Under the pieces are notes generated by a model. The model saw nothing but the letters and a program-made list of their open reading frames with translations, was not told where the DNA came from and ran no database searches. Positions 37,441 to 46,467 of a stretch of 64,000 nucleotides of DNA are shown in pieces. This stretch comes from Candidatus Moraniibacteriota bacterium (GTDB lineage: Bacteria; Patescibacteriota; Minisyncoccia; Moranbacterales; UBA1568): positions 502,321-566,320 of the forward strand of contig CAVURJ010000001.1 in assembly GCA_963743885.1 (NCBI GenBank), read 5' to 3'. The first letter of the stretch is position 1; the number at the start of each line of letters is the position of its first letter. Made by a program: the position numbers and the translations under genes.

Positions 37441-39492
37441 ATGGAACTCCCATTCTTCATTTCGCCAGCCAGTATTCTTCTCCTGATTTCCGTCTTCCTT
37501 TCCGGAGGTATTGGAGCGTTGTTTTTATCGCGTTTCTTCGATAGCCGCTTGGCCGGTCTTTGGGCGCATGCAGTCGCATTTGTTGGTTCCCTGTGTGGAC
37601 TTCTGATTGCCGGATCGGTGCTTTTTTATGGGCAGGGGATCGCGTTCGCACTTCCATCGGTATTTCCTGGGCTCTCCTTCGAGTTCCGTGTTGATGGTCT
37701 CTCGGCATTTTTCCTTGCGGTCATATCGCTCGTCGCGTCGGTCGCGTCGCTGTATGGTATCTCCTATCAGAAGCATTTTTACGGCAAGTACGATCTCGGC
37801 ACGTTTGGGCTTTTTTACAACGCATTCGTCGGCAGTCTGATGCTGGTTACCATGGCGAACCATGCGCTCTTCTTCTTGTTTGTTTGGGAGATCATGTCGC
37901 TCGCGTCGTACTTCCTGGTTGTTTTCGAGCATCACGAGGCAGAGAACGTCAAAGCTGGTTTTCTGTATTTCCTCATGACACATTTCGGTACGGCGTTCAT
38001 CACGCTCGCATTCTTCCTCGCTTTTAAGGCGACGGGAGAGTGGAGTTTTGATGCGTGGCGTGCCGCTGCCGGGACGATCGCACCGGTGCTCCAGACGGGC
38101 ATCTTCGCGGCTGCACTTATCGGATTTGGCACGAAGGCGGGTATCATTCCGCTTCATATTTGGTTGCCGGAGGCGCATCCAGCCGCACCATCACACGTTT
38201 CCGCCCTCATGTCGGGCGTGATGATCAAAACGGCTATCTTCATGTTTATCCGTGTCTTCTTCGATTTTTTCCCGGTGGCCGGGACGGAGTGGGGGCTCAT
38301 CTTCCTTGTCTTGGGTGGCGTCTCGTCTCTCCTTGGCGTGCTGTATGCGCTTTCCGAGCACGATCTCAAGCGCTTGCTCGCCTATCATAGCGTCGAGAAT
38401 ATTGGTATCATCCTGCTCGGTTTCGGTGCGGGACTCGTCTTCTTCAGTCTGCATCTCGAGACCTTCGCATTGTTTGCGCTCGCGGCGGCGCTTTATCATA
38501 CGATGAATCATGCCATCTTCAAGGCGCTGCTCTTTCTCGGCGCTGGCTCGGTCGTCTCGGCGACTGGTACGCGCAATATGGAAGAATACGGCGGTCTCGC
38601 TAAGCTTCTGCCGGTTACGTCGGCGCTCTTTCTGATTGGTTCGCTCGCTATTTCTGCTTTCCCGCCGTTCAACGGTTTCGCGAGCGAGTGGCTCACGTTC
38701 CAGGCGCTTTTCGCTGGTATTGCTTCGGCGAGCGTCGTCATCAAATCCGTCTTCATCTTCGCGATTGGCAGTCTGGCATTTACGGGCGGTCTCGCGGCGG
38801 CTTGTTTCGTCAAGGCGTTTGGCTCGACTTTCTTGGCCCGGCCACGGAGTGAGCACGCGCGGCATGCACATGAGGCAGCCTGGCCGATGATCGCAGCGAT
38901 GACAGTGCTCGCACTCCTCACACTCCTCCTTGGTGTTTTCTCGACGACGGTTATCGCGGCGCTCGTCGGCGTCGTGGCGAGCATCGGGCTCACCCAGCCG
39001 CTCACGCTCCAGTTCCCGTTCATGGATTTTCTCGTGGAGCGCGAGCAGTTCGCTGTGCTGCCGCTCGATGGATTCGCGCTCGCGTTCCTTGCAGTCTTCG
39101 CTATCGTGGCGGCGATCGTCATGTTCATGACGCGCTCACGCAAGGTCGTCATCAGCCGCACCTGGGATTGTGGTACGCCGCTTGCTCCGCGCATGGAGAT
39201 CACGGCTGGTAGCTTCTCGCGTTCGCTTGTCACCATCTTCCGTGGCATCCTCCGCTCGACCAAACAGACCGATACTGAGTATCATGACGAGAACATGCGC
39301 TACTTCATCAAGTCTCAGGAGGTGAAGACAGAGATCGGCGATCCGTATCGCGACAAGCTCTATCGCCCGATCAATACGCTCCTGACGTTCTTCGCTTCCC
39401 GGGCTCGCCGTATCCAGGGCGGCAGCGTGAATATCTATCTCCTGTATATCTTCGTCACGCTCGTGGTGTTGCTCATTTGGGCTTCTCGCTAA
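37441..39492 (+). CDS. Antiporter-like membrane subunit (NuoL/HyfB/HycC family)
   Basis: 683 aa polytopic protein. Conserved WLPEAHPAAPSHVSALMSGVMIKTAIF motif of complex I / Mrp antiporter-like subunits. Confidence 0.75.
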   Translation: MELPFFISPASILLLISVFLSGGIGALFLSRFFDSRLAGLWAHAVAFVGSLCGLLIAGSVLFYGQGIAFALPSVFPGLSFEFRVDGLSAFFLAVISLVASVASLYGISYQKHFYGKYDLGTFGLFYNAFVGSLMLVTMANHALFFLFVWEIMSLASYFLVVFEHHEAENVKAGFLYFLMTHFGTAFITLAFFLAFKATGEWSFDAWRAAAGTIAPVLQTGIFAAALIGFGTKAGIIPLHIWLPEAHPAAPSHVSALMSGVMIKTAIFMFIRVFFDFFPVAGTEWGLIFLVLGGVSSLLGVLYALSEHDLKRLLAYHSVENIGIILLGFGAGLVFFSLHLETFALFALAAALYHTMNHAIFKALLFLGAGSVVSATGTRNMEEYGGLAKLLPVTSALFLIGSLAISAFPPFNGFASEWLTFQALFAGIASASVVIKSVFIFAIGSLAFTGGLAAACFVKAFGSTFLARPRSEHARHAHEAAWPMIAAMTVLALLTLLLGVFSTTVIAALVGVVASIGLTQPLTLQFPFMDFLVEREQFAVLPLDGFALAFLAVFAIVAAIVMFMTRSRKVVISRTWDCGTPLAPRMEITAGSFSRSLVTIFRGILRSTKQTDTEYHDENMRYFIKSQEVKTEIGDPYRDKLYRPINTLLTFFASRARRIQGGSVNIYLLYIFVTLVVLLIWASR

Positions 39493-39505
39493 AAATCCTG
39501 CCACT

Positions 39506-40480
39506 ATGCATATCGCATTCATCATCCTCCAAGTGCTTGCCGTACCGGCTCTCTCGCCGCTCATGATTGGTATCATCCGCCGGCTCAAGGCGCGTCTTCA
39601 GAACCGCTCTGGTGCGAGTGTCTTCCAGCCGTATCGCGATCTCTGGAAGCTCTTCCATAAGGATGAGGTGATCTCTTCGGATGCCTCGTGGATCACGCGT
39701 TTCTCACCGTACCTTCTATTCTCTATCACGATCCTTGTCGGTATGAGCGTGCCGGTCATGACAGCTATCCCGATTTCGTTCGATGGTAGTGGTCTGCCGA
39801 TGCTCCCGTTCCTGATCTCTGGTGATTTCATCGTTATCATCTATCTTTTGGCGCTTGGGACGTTCTTCCTGGCACTTGCCGGCATGGATGCTGGATCGGG
39901 TTTCGGCGGTTTTGGTGCGAGCCGTGAGATGACGGTTGCGGCGCTCGCCGAGGGCGGACTCTTCTTCTCGCTTCTGGTCGCGTCAATTGCTGCTGAGAGC
40001 GGCAATGCCATGCTGATGGTCGGGCATCTTGCAGCGCTTCCGCTTCAGTCGTTCATGCCGCTCTTTATCGCGTTCCTCGCGTTTGCTATCGCGCTTCTGG
40101 CAGAGAACGGCCGCTTCCCGGTCGACAATCCGGCGACGCACCTCGAGCTCACCATGATCCATGAAGCGATGATCCTCGAGTATTCCGGCAAGCGTCTGGC
40201 GCTCATGGAGTGGGCTGCTTGGAATAAGCTCACGATCTTCATCGCGCTCGGAGCGAATATCTTCTTTCCGTGGGGGGTTGCGACGGAGCTTTCGGCCGCT
40301 CTGGCTGGAGTGATCGTCCTTTCCTCGGTACTGTTCGCTATAAAGAGCGGTATGCTGCTCGCATCGATCGCGCTCATCGAATCGACCATGGCCAAGTTCC
40401 GCATCTTCCGCATTCCTGATCTCCTGTTCACTTCGTTCGTCCTGGGCGTCATCGCGCTCGGCGTCATCATTACACTCTAG
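39506..40480 (+). CDS. NuoH/HycD-like membrane subunit
   Basis: 324 aa, 8 TM. N-terminus MHIAFIILQVLAVPALSPLMIGIIRRLKARLQNRSGASVFQPYRDLWKLF as in HycD/NuoH. Confidence 0.7.
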   Translation: MHIAFIILQVLAVPALSPLMIGIIRRLKARLQNRSGASVFQPYRDLWKLFHKDEVISSDASWITRFSPYLLFSITILVGMSVPVMTAIPISFDGSGLPMLPFLISGDFIVIIYLLALGTFFLALAGMDAGSGFGGFGASREMTVAALAEGGLFFSLLVASIAAESGNAMLMVGHLAALPLQSFMPLFIAFLAFAIALLAENGRFPVDNPATHLELTMIHEAMILEYSGKRLALMEWAAWNKLTIFIALGANIFFPWGVATELSAALAGVIVLSSVLFAIKSGMLLASIALIESTMAKFRIFRIPDLLFTSFVLGVIALGVIITL

Positions 40481-40483
40481 CTT

Positions 40484-41146
40484 ATGACCGGACATTTCGC
40501 AGAAATATTCTTCCTGCTTGATCTCGTCGCCTTTCTCACAGCGATCATCATGCATCTCGTCAGGCGCAACAAGAATCTTGTTGGGCTCTATGCACTACAG
40601 TCCGCCGCCGTAGGCGTACTCCTTATTGGGGCTGGTATTGCAGAAGGGGAGCAGAGCCTCGTCTGGGTCGGCGTGCTGACGGTCGCTATCAAGGCTGTCT
40701 TGGTGCCGATTTTCTTCTCTCGTCTGCTCCGTCAGTTCGGTGTCCAGGCATCCGCGAGCAGCTACCTCTCGACGCCGCTTACGCTCGCTATGCTCATGGG
40801 ACTCGTCCTCTTCGCCTATTCTCGTGTCTTCATGCCGCTCTCGGCGCTTCTGCCACAGGCGATCGGGTCGCTTTCGTTCAATCTGGCCATCATCTTCGCT
40901 TCGATCTTCCTCATGATCAATAGGAAGGGCGCCTTCACGCAGATGATCGGCGTCCTCTCACTCGAAAACGGTATTGTGCTCTTCGCAGCGCTCATCGGCA
41001 TCGAGCAGCCGCTCGCGCTCGAGATCGGCATCATCTTCGACATCACGGTTTGGGTCGCTATCGGTAGCGCGTTCATCGGGATGATCCATCGCCAATTCGG
41101 ATCGCTTGATACCGACGAATTGAGAAATCTGACTGAAGAAGACTAG
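40484..41146 (+). CDS. HyfE-like small membrane subunit
   Basis: 220 aa, about 6 TM. Size and hydropathy match the hydrogenase-4 component E family. Confidence 0.55.
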   Translation: MTGHFAEIFFLLDLVAFLTAIIMHLVRRNKNLVGLYALQSAAVGVLLIGAGIAEGEQSLVWVGVLTVAIKAVLVPIFFSRLLRQFGVQASASSYLSTPLTLAMLMGLVLFAYSRVFMPLSALLPQAIGSLSFNLAIIFASIFLMINRKGAFTQMIGVLSLENGIVLFAALIGIEQPLALEIGIIFDITVWVAIGSAFIGMIHRQFGSLDTDELRNLTEED

Positions 41147-41207
41147 AGCGTATCTCAAAATTCACCGCTTGTATGCAAATCCCATAAAAACTCACGCTTG
41201 TCGGCTG

Positions 41208-41305
41208 AAACATCAGGATTTCGGCTGCACATTCCAGAAAATTTCTCGGATTATCGCGATAGTCCTCGAAATTTTCTGAACTGTTCGCTCGAAATCCTGA
41301 AGTTT
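41208..41305. repeat. Nested ~100-bp imperfect palindrome inside the operon
   Basis: Outer arms gaaacatcaggatttcg / cgaaatcctgaagtttc. Inner arms cagaaaatttctcgg / cctcgaaattttctg. Centre is the perfect palindrome tatcgcgata. Confidence 0.55.
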
Positions 41306-41349
41306 CATCTCGACATGAATTTTGAGATCCGCTCTTAGTTACATCACTT

Positions 41350-42804
41350 ATGCTGCTTACATTCCTCATCGCCACGCCGTTCCTCGCCGCCTGTTTCGTC
41401 GCGCTCATGCGGCCCAGGCACATGCGTCTCATCGAAGGGGCGGCAGTAGCTGCTTCGGCCATCGCGCTCGGCCTTGCGATCGCGCTCGTACCGCAGACGC
41501 TTGCGCATGGAGCTGTCAGGGCTTCAGAGCTCTTTTCTATCGATGCGCTTGGCGCTTTCATGTTGGTCATCATCGCTCTTTCCGGATTTTTCGCTAGCCT
41601 GTATTCCGTCGGTTATCTGCGGGCTGAAGTAGCGAAGGGTATCGTCGGTCCGAGCCGTGTCCGCCAGTTCTTCCTGCTCCTCGAATTCTTCCTCTTCGCG
41701 ATGTCGCTTGCCGTCTCGACTATCAGCCCGATCGTCATGTGGATTTCTATCGAGGCCACGACACTCTCGACTGCATTCCTCATCAGTTTCTACAACAAGC
41801 CGTCCGCGACAGAAGCAGCCTGGAAGTATCTCATTATCAACTCGCTCGGACTACTCCTCTCGCTTCTCGGTACGCTGCTCTTCCTCGCGCTGCCGGAGAT
41901 GCGTACAGGATCGATCACCTGGGACATGCTCCGCGAGGCCGCGGCCAGCATGCATCCGCTCGCGGTCAAGATCGCTTTCGTCTTCATCCTGGTCGGATAC
42001 GGGACGAAGGTTGGATTGGTGCCGCTTCATACTTGGAAGCCTGATGCCTATGCCAAGGCGCCGACCCCGGTCGTCGCGCTTCTGGCGGGTGTGTTGGTCA
42101 ACGTTGCTCTCTTCGCTATCCTCCGCTTCAAGACGGTGGCTGATGTGACGGTCGGATCGGAATTCGCCGGCAGCCTCCTGATATTCTTCGGTCTCCTTTC
42201 TATACTACTCTCAGCGCTCATCATCTTCGTGCAGAAGAATTACAAGCGGTTGCTCGCATATTCCGGCATCGAGCATGCAGGACTCATCGCGCTTGGCTTC
42301 GGCTTCGGCGGACTCGGGACGTTCGCGGCGCTCCTCCATATGCTCTATCACGCGCTCGTCAAGATGCTGCTCTTCTTCGCGGCTGGCAATATTTTCCTCA
42401 GGTATAGCTCGACGAAGATGAAAAATGTCACTGGCGTCCTGTCGGTACTGCCGGTTTCGGGACCGATCTTTCTTGGTGGATTTATCGCTATCACTGGTCT
42501 GCCGCCGTTCGGGCTCTTTGCGACCGAGATGACGATTCTCTCTTCAGGTATGGCGGCACATCCATGGATCGCTGGTACGGTACTCTTTTCTCTGGCAGTC
42601 ATCTTCTTCGGATTTTTCCGCCATCTCTCAGGCATGATTTTCGGATCGGTACCGGAAGGCGTAAGCCGCGGCGAATCCCGCCTGCTCACCCAGCTGCCAC
42701 TCCTCTTGCTTGCGGCGCTTATCGTCGTTTTCGCCTGGGATTTTCCTGAGGGACTCCTCGATCTCATCCGTCAGGCTGCCACCGATCTGGCTGTCAATCA
42801 CTAA
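41350..42804 (+). CDS. Antiporter-like membrane subunit (NuoN/NuoM/HyfF family)
   Basis: 484 aa. Conserved VPLHTWKPDAYAKAPTPVVALLAGVLVNVALFAILRF. Confidence 0.75.
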   Translation: MLLTFLIATPFLAACFVALMRPRHMRLIEGAAVAASAIALGLAIALVPQTLAHGAVRASELFSIDALGAFMLVIIALSGFFASLYSVGYLRAEVAKGIVGPSRVRQFFLLLEFFLFAMSLAVSTISPIVMWISIEATTLSTAFLISFYNKPSATEAAWKYLIINSLGLLLSLLGTLLFLALPEMRTGSITWDMLREAAASMHPLAVKIAFVFILVGYGTKVGLVPLHTWKPDAYAKAPTPVVALLAGVLVNVALFAILRFKTVADVTVGSEFAGSLLIFFGLLSILLSALIIFVQKNYKRLLAYSGIEHAGLIALGFGFGGLGTFAALLHMLYHALVKMLLFFAAGNIFLRYSSTKMKNVTGVLSVLPVSGPIFLGGFIAITGLPPFGLFATEMTILSSGMAAHPWIAGTVLFSLAVIFFGFFRHLSGMIFGSVPEGVSRGESRLLTQLPLLLLAALIVVFAWDFPEGLLDLIRQAATDLAVNH

Positions 42805-42815
42805 TCCTGCTTCCT

Positions 42816-44402
42816 ATGACTGACACAACGACTATCCTTACCCGCTTCGGCCTCGCCGAGTATCGGGCGACGAAGGAGGGGAAGCTCCATCTCTTTGAAG
42901 TCATGCAGCCGGACCTGGAGCAGGTCATACGGACGCTCCGTCATGATCACGGTCTCCGTCTCAAGACGATCGCTGCATCCGATGAGCGGGCTGATCGCGG
43001 CGCATTCCGCATCCACTATGTCTTCAGCATTCCTGGTGATGACTGCTTCTTGGTGCCGTTCATTTCGGTAGCTGCTGATCAGTCCGGATTTCCATCTATG
43101 ACGCCGGTCGCTCACGAGTGCTCCGTATACGAGCAGGAAATCAAGACTTTTTTCGGCCTCGAGCCAATCGGCCATCCGGATGCGCAGCGTATCACTCTCC
43201 ATCGCGAGAATTTTCCTGAGGATATCCATCCGCTTTGCAAGGAGTTCGCCTGGGATACCGAGATTGCTCCGATTACGGGCAAGTCGATGCCGGAGTTCGC
43301 TCGCTTCGAAGGGGAGAGTGTCTATGAGATCCCGGTTGGTCCAGTGCATGCTGGTATCATTGAGCCGGGGCACTTCCGCTTCAGTGTGCTCGGCGAGGAG
43401 ATCCTGCGCCTTGCGCCGCGTCTCGGCTATGTACACAAGGGGACGGAGAAGCTTTTCGAGACGCTGCCGATGGACAAGAAGCTCCAGCTTTCCGAGCGCA
43501 TCTCGGGCGACAGCTCGTTTCATCACGCGCTCGCATTTGCTCAGGCGGTCGAATCGATGGCTGGAATCGAGATCTCCGAGCGCGCGAAAATGCTCCGCAC
43601 CATCTATGCCGAGCTCGAACGTCTCGCCAATCATTTCAATGATATTGCATTTATCATGCTCGATACGGGACTGTCGTTCGGTGGCAGTCATGGGACGCGA
43701 CTCCGTGAGCGCGTCATGCAGTGGAATGAGCGTCTGACGGGCAGTCGCTTCCTACGCGGCACGGTCGCTCTGGGCGGTGTGACGCAGGATATCGTCAAGG
43801 AGATGGCTGAAGAGCTTCAGGATGATCTTGAGGTTCTCGAGAAGGACTTCATGGAAGTGATGGACGTCGTCAGGGAGAGTGATTCGCTCGAGAACCGTCT
43901 CCGCGGGACTGGCCGGCTTGATGCAGAGATCGGACGTGATCATGGCGCGGTCGGTATCGCAGCTCGGGCGATCGGTGATGAGCTCGATGCTCGCGCCGAC
44001 CATCCGTATGCGGCGTATGATATGGTGCAGTGGAGCATCCCGACGGAAACGAACGGCGATGTCCGCGCCCGCTTCCAGGTGCGCGTCAAAGAAGTCTTCC
44101 AGTCGTTCCGTATCCTCGGACAGATCCTCACGCTCCTGCCGCATCGCGAGGGCGTACTCTCGATGCCTCAGGCGAAGCTTCCGGCCGATGCGCATGCGGT
44201 CGGCATCGTTGAGGGCTGGCGTGGTGATATCGTCTACTTCATCATGACCAATCATGACGGCGAGATTTCGCGTGTGAAGGTGCGTGACCCGTCGTTCCTC
44301 AACTGGCAGGTCTTCCCGTATGTCGTGACCAATGACATCGTTCCGGATTTTCCACTCATCAACAAGAGCTTCAACCTTTCCTATACCGGAAACGACCTCT
44401 AG
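42816..44402 (+). CDS. NuoC-NuoD fusion / HycE-like large subunit without [NiFe]-site cysteines
   Basis: N-terminal NuoC-like domain plus NuoD/large-subunit domain VGPVHAGIIEPGHFRFSVLGEEILRLAPRLGYVHKGTEKL. No N-terminal RxCGxCxxxH motif and no C-terminal DPCxxCxxH/R motif. Confidence 0.75.
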   Translation: MTDTTTILTRFGLAEYRATKEGKLHLFEVMQPDLEQVIRTLRHDHGLRLKTIAASDERADRGAFRIHYVFSIPGDDCFLVPFISVAADQSGFPSMTPVAHECSVYEQEIKTFFGLEPIGHPDAQRITLHRENFPEDIHPLCKEFAWDTEIAPITGKSMPEFARFEGESVYEIPVGPVHAGIIEPGHFRFSVLGEEILRLAPRLGYVHKGTEKLFETLPMDKKLQLSERISGDSSFHHALAFAQAVESMAGIEISERAKMLRTIYAELERLANHFNDIAFIMLDTGLSFGGSHGTRLRERVMQWNERLTGSRFLRGTVALGGVTQDIVKEMAEELQDDLEVLEKDFMEVMDVVRESDSLENRLRGTGRLDAEIGRDHGAVGIAARAIGDELDARADHPYAAYDMVQWSIPTETNGDVRARFQVRVKEVFQSFRILGQILTLLPHREGVLSMPQAKLPADAHAVGIVEGWRGDIVYFIMTNHDGEISRVKVRDPSFLNWQVFPYVVTNDIVPDFPLINKSFNLSYTGNDL

Positions 44403-44490
44403 GGATCGGTGCTGGATAGAGCGTGAAAAAAATCCCTTCAAAAGACACTGAAGCGATTTTTAGTGCAATATATGGCTTTTTAAGCCGAAA

Positions 44491-44524
44491 AACCGCTTGC
44501 CATCTTGATGGAAGCGGTTTTTTG
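44491..44524 (+). terminator. Intrinsic terminator after the hydrogenase-like operon
   Basis: aaaaaccgcttgccatc-ttgatggaagcggtttttt. Confidence 0.6.
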
Positions 44525-44533
44525 TGGTATAAT
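44521..44533 (+). promoter_or_regulatory. Extended -10 promoter TTGTGGTATAAT
   Basis: tttTGtggTATAATgg lies 50 nt upstream of the small ORF. Confidence 0.4.
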
Positions 44534-44584
44534 GGAACCAAGTAGTATTTCGTAGTTCGTTGTCGTACAGAAAGGGAGGGCATC

Positions 44585-44764
44585 ATGTCATCCGATATGT
44601 TTGCGAAAATAGCGGCCATGAATCCAGTAGCTGGGTGGTGGTTGCTTACCACGATGCGGTATATGCCTCGCTATGAGCCGGAATGGTCAGCGCCTGAAGC
44701 AGCTAACGAATCCGCGTTCAATGTGGTGCATGTCGTACAGTGGGGACATCCACATGCTGCATGA
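44585..44764 (+). CDS. Small hypothetical protein (59 aa)
   Basis: Strong RBS aaagggaggg 5 nt before the ATG. MSSDMFAKIAAMNPVAGWWLLTTMRYMPRYEPEWSAPEAANESAFNVVHVVQWGHPHAA. Not in the >=60-aa ORF track. Confidence 0.3.
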   Translation: MSSDMFAKIAAMNPVAGWWLLTTMRYMPRYEPEWSAPEAANESAFNVVHVVQWGHPHAA

Positions 44765-44842
44765 GATTCCTTTTCACTCTGACGGATCGGCCTTCGCTGA
44801 GATCACTCGCGAAGGCCCTTTCTTTTGATATTTTGAAACAGT

Positions 44843-46093
44843 ATGGACGCAAAAAATATCTCATACGATGTCATCGTGATCGGCGGGGGACCCGCTGGTA
44901 TGATGGCGGCTGGCCGGGCGGCTGAGTGTGGTGCGCACGTGCTGCTCGTCGAGAAAAATGAGGATCTCGGCAAGAAGCTGCTCATCACAGGCGGTGGCCG
45001 ATGCAACCTGACCAATACCGGTCCGGATTTTTTTGATAGATTCAAACGGGACAAGAAGTTTCTGTTTTCGCCATTTGCGCGTTTTGGTGTCGAGGAGACA
45101 CTTCATTTCTTCAACGGCCGAAAAGTCTCGACCAAGGTCGAGGCGGGCGGACGTGTCTTTCCGGAGAGCGACCAGGCCCAGTCGGTGTGGGGTGCGCTCG
45201 CTCGGTATATGGACGAGGGACGAGTGACGGTCCGCTCGAGCGTCTTTGCGAAAGGTTTCGAGATAGAAGGAGAGAAGATCACCGGGCTGAGGATTGGGAA
45301 CGGTGAGATGCTTTGCGCGGACTCATATATCCTCGCGACCGGCGGCCTCTCGCATCCGGAGACGGGGTCGACAGGGGATGGCTTCCGTTTCCTCCGTGAG
45401 ATGGGCCATACGGTACGTGATCCGGAGCCGTCGCTCGTGCCGATCAAGGTACGTGATCGGTGGGTGCATGCGCTCTCGGGCGCGACGCTCGACGATGCGG
45501 TGCTGGCTGCCTATCAGGACGGTACGAGGCGCTTCGTGCGCCGCGGCAGGATGCTCTTCACACATTTCGGCCTCTCTGGTCCTATGGTGCTCAATATGAG
45601 CCGTGAGGTGAAGGAACTCATGAAGCGGGGATCAGTGGAGCTTGTGCTCGATCTGGCGCCTGGTACGGACCAGGGTGCATTTGATGGGAAGCTCCAAGGG
45701 GTCTTTGCGGAATATCAGAACAAGCTGATCAAGAACGTCCTTGGCAGTATCATCCCATCGGCGCTCGTAGAGGCAGTGCTCGGGCTTGCAGGCATCGATC
45801 CGTCGAAGCCAGTGCGGACCGTCAGTCGGGAAGAACGTCTCGCTCTCGGCCGGGCGGTCAGACATCTGTCGATGACGGTGTCGGGCTTTCTTGGGACGGA
45901 CAAAGCGATCGTTACTTCGGGCGGTGTCTCGCTCAAAGAAGTGGATATGAAAACGATGCGCTCGCGCCGGTATGGGAATCTCTATCTCGTCGGTGATATC
46001 CTCGATATCGATCGGCCGAGCGGCGGCTATAGTCTCCAGCTGTGCTGGACGACCGGGTATGTGGCCGGTGAATCAGCAGCGGGCGGGGAGTAG
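44843..46093 (+). CDS. FAD-dependent oxidoreductase (HI0933/YhiN-like flavoprotein)
   Basis: N-terminal dinucleotide-binding fold DVIVIGGGPAGMMAAGRAAECGAHVLLVEKNEDLGKKLLITGGGRCNLTN. Confidence 0.75.
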   Translation: MDAKNISYDVIVIGGGPAGMMAAGRAAECGAHVLLVEKNEDLGKKLLITGGGRCNLTNTGPDFFDRFKRDKKFLFSPFARFGVEETLHFFNGRKVSTKVEAGGRVFPESDQAQSVWGALARYMDEGRVTVRSSVFAKGFEIEGEKITGLRIGNGEMLCADSYILATGGLSHPETGSTGDGFRFLREMGHTVRDPEPSLVPIKVRDRWVHALSGATLDDAVLAAYQDGTRRFVRRGRMLFTHFGLSGPMVLNMSREVKELMKRGSVELVLDLAPGTDQGAFDGKLQGVFAEYQNKLIKNVLGSIIPSALVEAVLGLAGIDPSKPVRTVSREERLALGRAVRHLSMTVSGFLGTDKAIVTSGGVSLKEVDMKTMRSRRYGNLYLVGDILDIDRPSGGYSLQLCWTTGYVAGESAAGGE

Positions 46094-46109
46094 GAAAAAG
46101 TATAGGACG

Positions 46110-46140
46110 AAAAAACCGCCCCGAGGGGCGGTTGTTTTCT
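46110..46140. terminator. Bidirectional terminator between the flavoprotein gene (+) and csp (-)
   Basis: aaaaaaccgcccc-gag-gggcggttgtttt. Confidence 0.6.
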
Positions 46141-46153
46141 GGTTCCGTGCCGA

Positions 46154-46351
46154 TTAGGCGCGGGACACGCCGGTGGCCGCAGGGCCCTTCGGGCTCTCAG
46201 TGACCTCGAAGGTGACGGCATCGCCGACCTTGAGCTCATCGAAAGTCACGCCGACCAACTCCTTGGAGTGGAAGAAAAGGTCCTTCTCCTCGCCATCGCG
46301 AGAGATGAAACCGAATCCACGGTCCGTGAGCGTCTTGATAGTTCCGTTCAT
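46154..46351 (-). CDS. Cold-shock protein (CspA family)
   Basis: MNGTIKTLTDRGFGFISRDGEEKDLFFHSKEL...GDAVTFEVTESPKGPAATGV, RNP1/RNP2 motifs. The listed ORF 46154..46411 has a spurious 20-aa extension. A long 5' UTR is typical of csp genes. Confidence 0.85.
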   Translation of the reverse strand: MNGTIKTLTDRGFGFISRDGEEKDLFFHSKELVGVTFDELKVGDAVTFEVTESPKGPAATGVSRA

Positions 46352-46467
46352 AGTGGTTCTTGTGCTACGTTTGTCGGAAATTCGACGACGTTTCCTTTGC
46401 ATTAATTGCAATCTTGATTATAGCACGTATTTTTTCTAAAGTCAATACTATGAATATAATGGCTTGT

